Source of the DNA: Paraspadella gotoi
Taxonomy: Eukaryota > Animalia > Chaetognatha
Direction of reading: 5' to 3'
NCBI GenBank assembly: GCA_051294375.1
Contig: CM119269.1
Span: 17,346,265-17,410,264 of the forward strand
Length of the DNA: 64,000 nucleotides
In this document: positions 63,033 to 64,000 of the stretch, piece after piece
Layout: the number at the start of each line of letters is the position of its first letter
Position numbering within the stretch: the stretch's first letter is position 1
The notes under the pieces: model-generated
The model's input: the letters and a program-made list of their open reading frames with translations, nothing else
The model's database searches: none
What the model was told of the DNA's origin: nothing
Program-made: the position numbers and the translations under genes

Positions 63033-64000
63033 ATGGCGGAGCAGGACGTTGCTCAGTCGGATACGGAAATGCAAAAGTTTCAACTCCTCCTCGGCTACGT
63101 GAGCGACGTTAACAGCGAAGTGCAGAAATTTAAAGTTCGAAAGATGGACAACCTCGAGGACTTTATATGGGCCGACGCCCTCTCCACCAAGTTGGCCCGC
63201 ATTTCCCAATTGGCCAATCAGCTCAAATGCCCCTCGGCGGCGGAGTCAGGGAAAGAGGAAGAGAGGGAGGAAGAGAGCATTGGGAGGAAGGAGGACTCGG
63301 AAATGAAGATGAAGGAAGAGGAAATCGAGAAACGCCTTAAGGCGAAGAACCGAGAGATGCAGGCGAGACGGAAGAAAGATGGCGAGGGGCCAAAGGCGCG
63401 GCCGCGTCTCGACCGGGGCGTTCCTTCGTCCGACCGTGGTCCGTCGGTCAAACCGGCGCCGCCGCCCGACGTTGACAGGGGTCGAGGACGTTCTCGCAGC
63501 AACAGCGTGTCGGCCGAGCGAGCAAACAGGGGCGGCTTTCGCAACGACCGGAAGTCACGCGAGCGACGCTCCGGTTCGAGCGTAACTGCGACGTCACCGG
63601 AGACGTCACCAAAACGCGTCTCTGCACCGGACGACGCACCCTTCGAAATTTACACCAACGCCGACATCGATGATGAGACGGGTCGTTGGGACGAAAAAGA
63701 GAGCGACGACGTTTTTTACGATCGCAGTGAGGATGCCGGTCGCAACCAACGCCAATCCAAATCTAACAGGGACCAAAGGTCTCGCTCCTCTTCCGGCCAT
63801 CGAAGATCATCCAGTCCCCGGAGATCCACGAGCCGCTCGACTGATGCTAGCCACCGTTCGTCGTCGTGGGATAAATCTCCCCCAAGGAAGCGCGAATCGT
63901 CCAGGGCAACCAAAAGGGGAAAGCGATCGCCATCGGCGTCTCCCGAATTGACCGGGAAAAAGCGACAACCGGTCGGAACTTCCGATGAGGCGCGAGGCGC
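63033..64000 (+). CDS. Uncharacterised protein, 5' part (Glu/Lys-rich then Ser/Arg-rich), truncated by the window end
   Basis: ATG at 63033 opens an uninterrupted GC-rich frame (MAEQDVAQSDTEMQKFQLLLG...RSRSSSGHRRSSSPRRSTSRS...) to base 64000; absent from the ORF track, presumably because it lacks a stop. Confidence 0.75.
   Translation, partial: MAEQDVAQSDTEMQKFQLLLGYVSDVNSEVQKFKVRKMDNLEDFIWADALSTKLARISQLANQLKCPSAAESGKEEEREEESIGRKEDSEMKMKEEEIEKRLKAKNREMQARRKKDGEGPKARPRLDRGVPSSDRGPSVKPAPPPDVDRGRGRSRSNSVSAERANRGGFRNDRKSRERRSGSSVTATSPETSPKRVSAPDDAPFEIYTNADIDDETGRWDEKESDDVFYDRSEDAGRNQRQSKSNRDQRSRSSSGHRRSSSPRRSTSRSTDASHRSSSWDKSPPRKRESSRATKRGKRSPSASPELTGKKRQPVGTSDEARG

Overview
AT-rich, microsatellite-laden animal (invertebrate-like) genomic DNA with short spliceosomal introns and four N gaps. 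Genes reconstructed by hand: a 3-exon proneural achaete-scute bHLH gene (-, 5267-7680) followed by ~30 kb with no recognisable gene; a small 3-exon membrane protein (-); a 2-exon secreted cystine-knot prepropeptide (-, 42583-43004); DEK (+); a CKAP2-like gene (+); a 17-exon SID-1/SIDT family gene with a long C-terminal tail (+); and a Ser/Arg-rich ORF running off the right end. The main signal is non-coding. Two complete ~720-bp miniature LTR retroelements (45502-46229 and 53517-54236; 4-bp TSDs, PBS, PPT) carry, in every LTR, a tRNA-derived Pol III promoter directly followed by a type-P5 twister ribozyme whose P1 is reduced to a loop-less palindrome. Two highly diverged relatives (~38.6 kb and ~41.4 kb) keep the same tRNA+twister module with compensatory base changes. 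This looks like a twister-based LTR 'retrozyme' system that may act as a dimer. Penelope-type minimal hammerheads and two long-TIR DNA transposon derivatives are also present. All calls were made by eye; no searches or folding programs were run.
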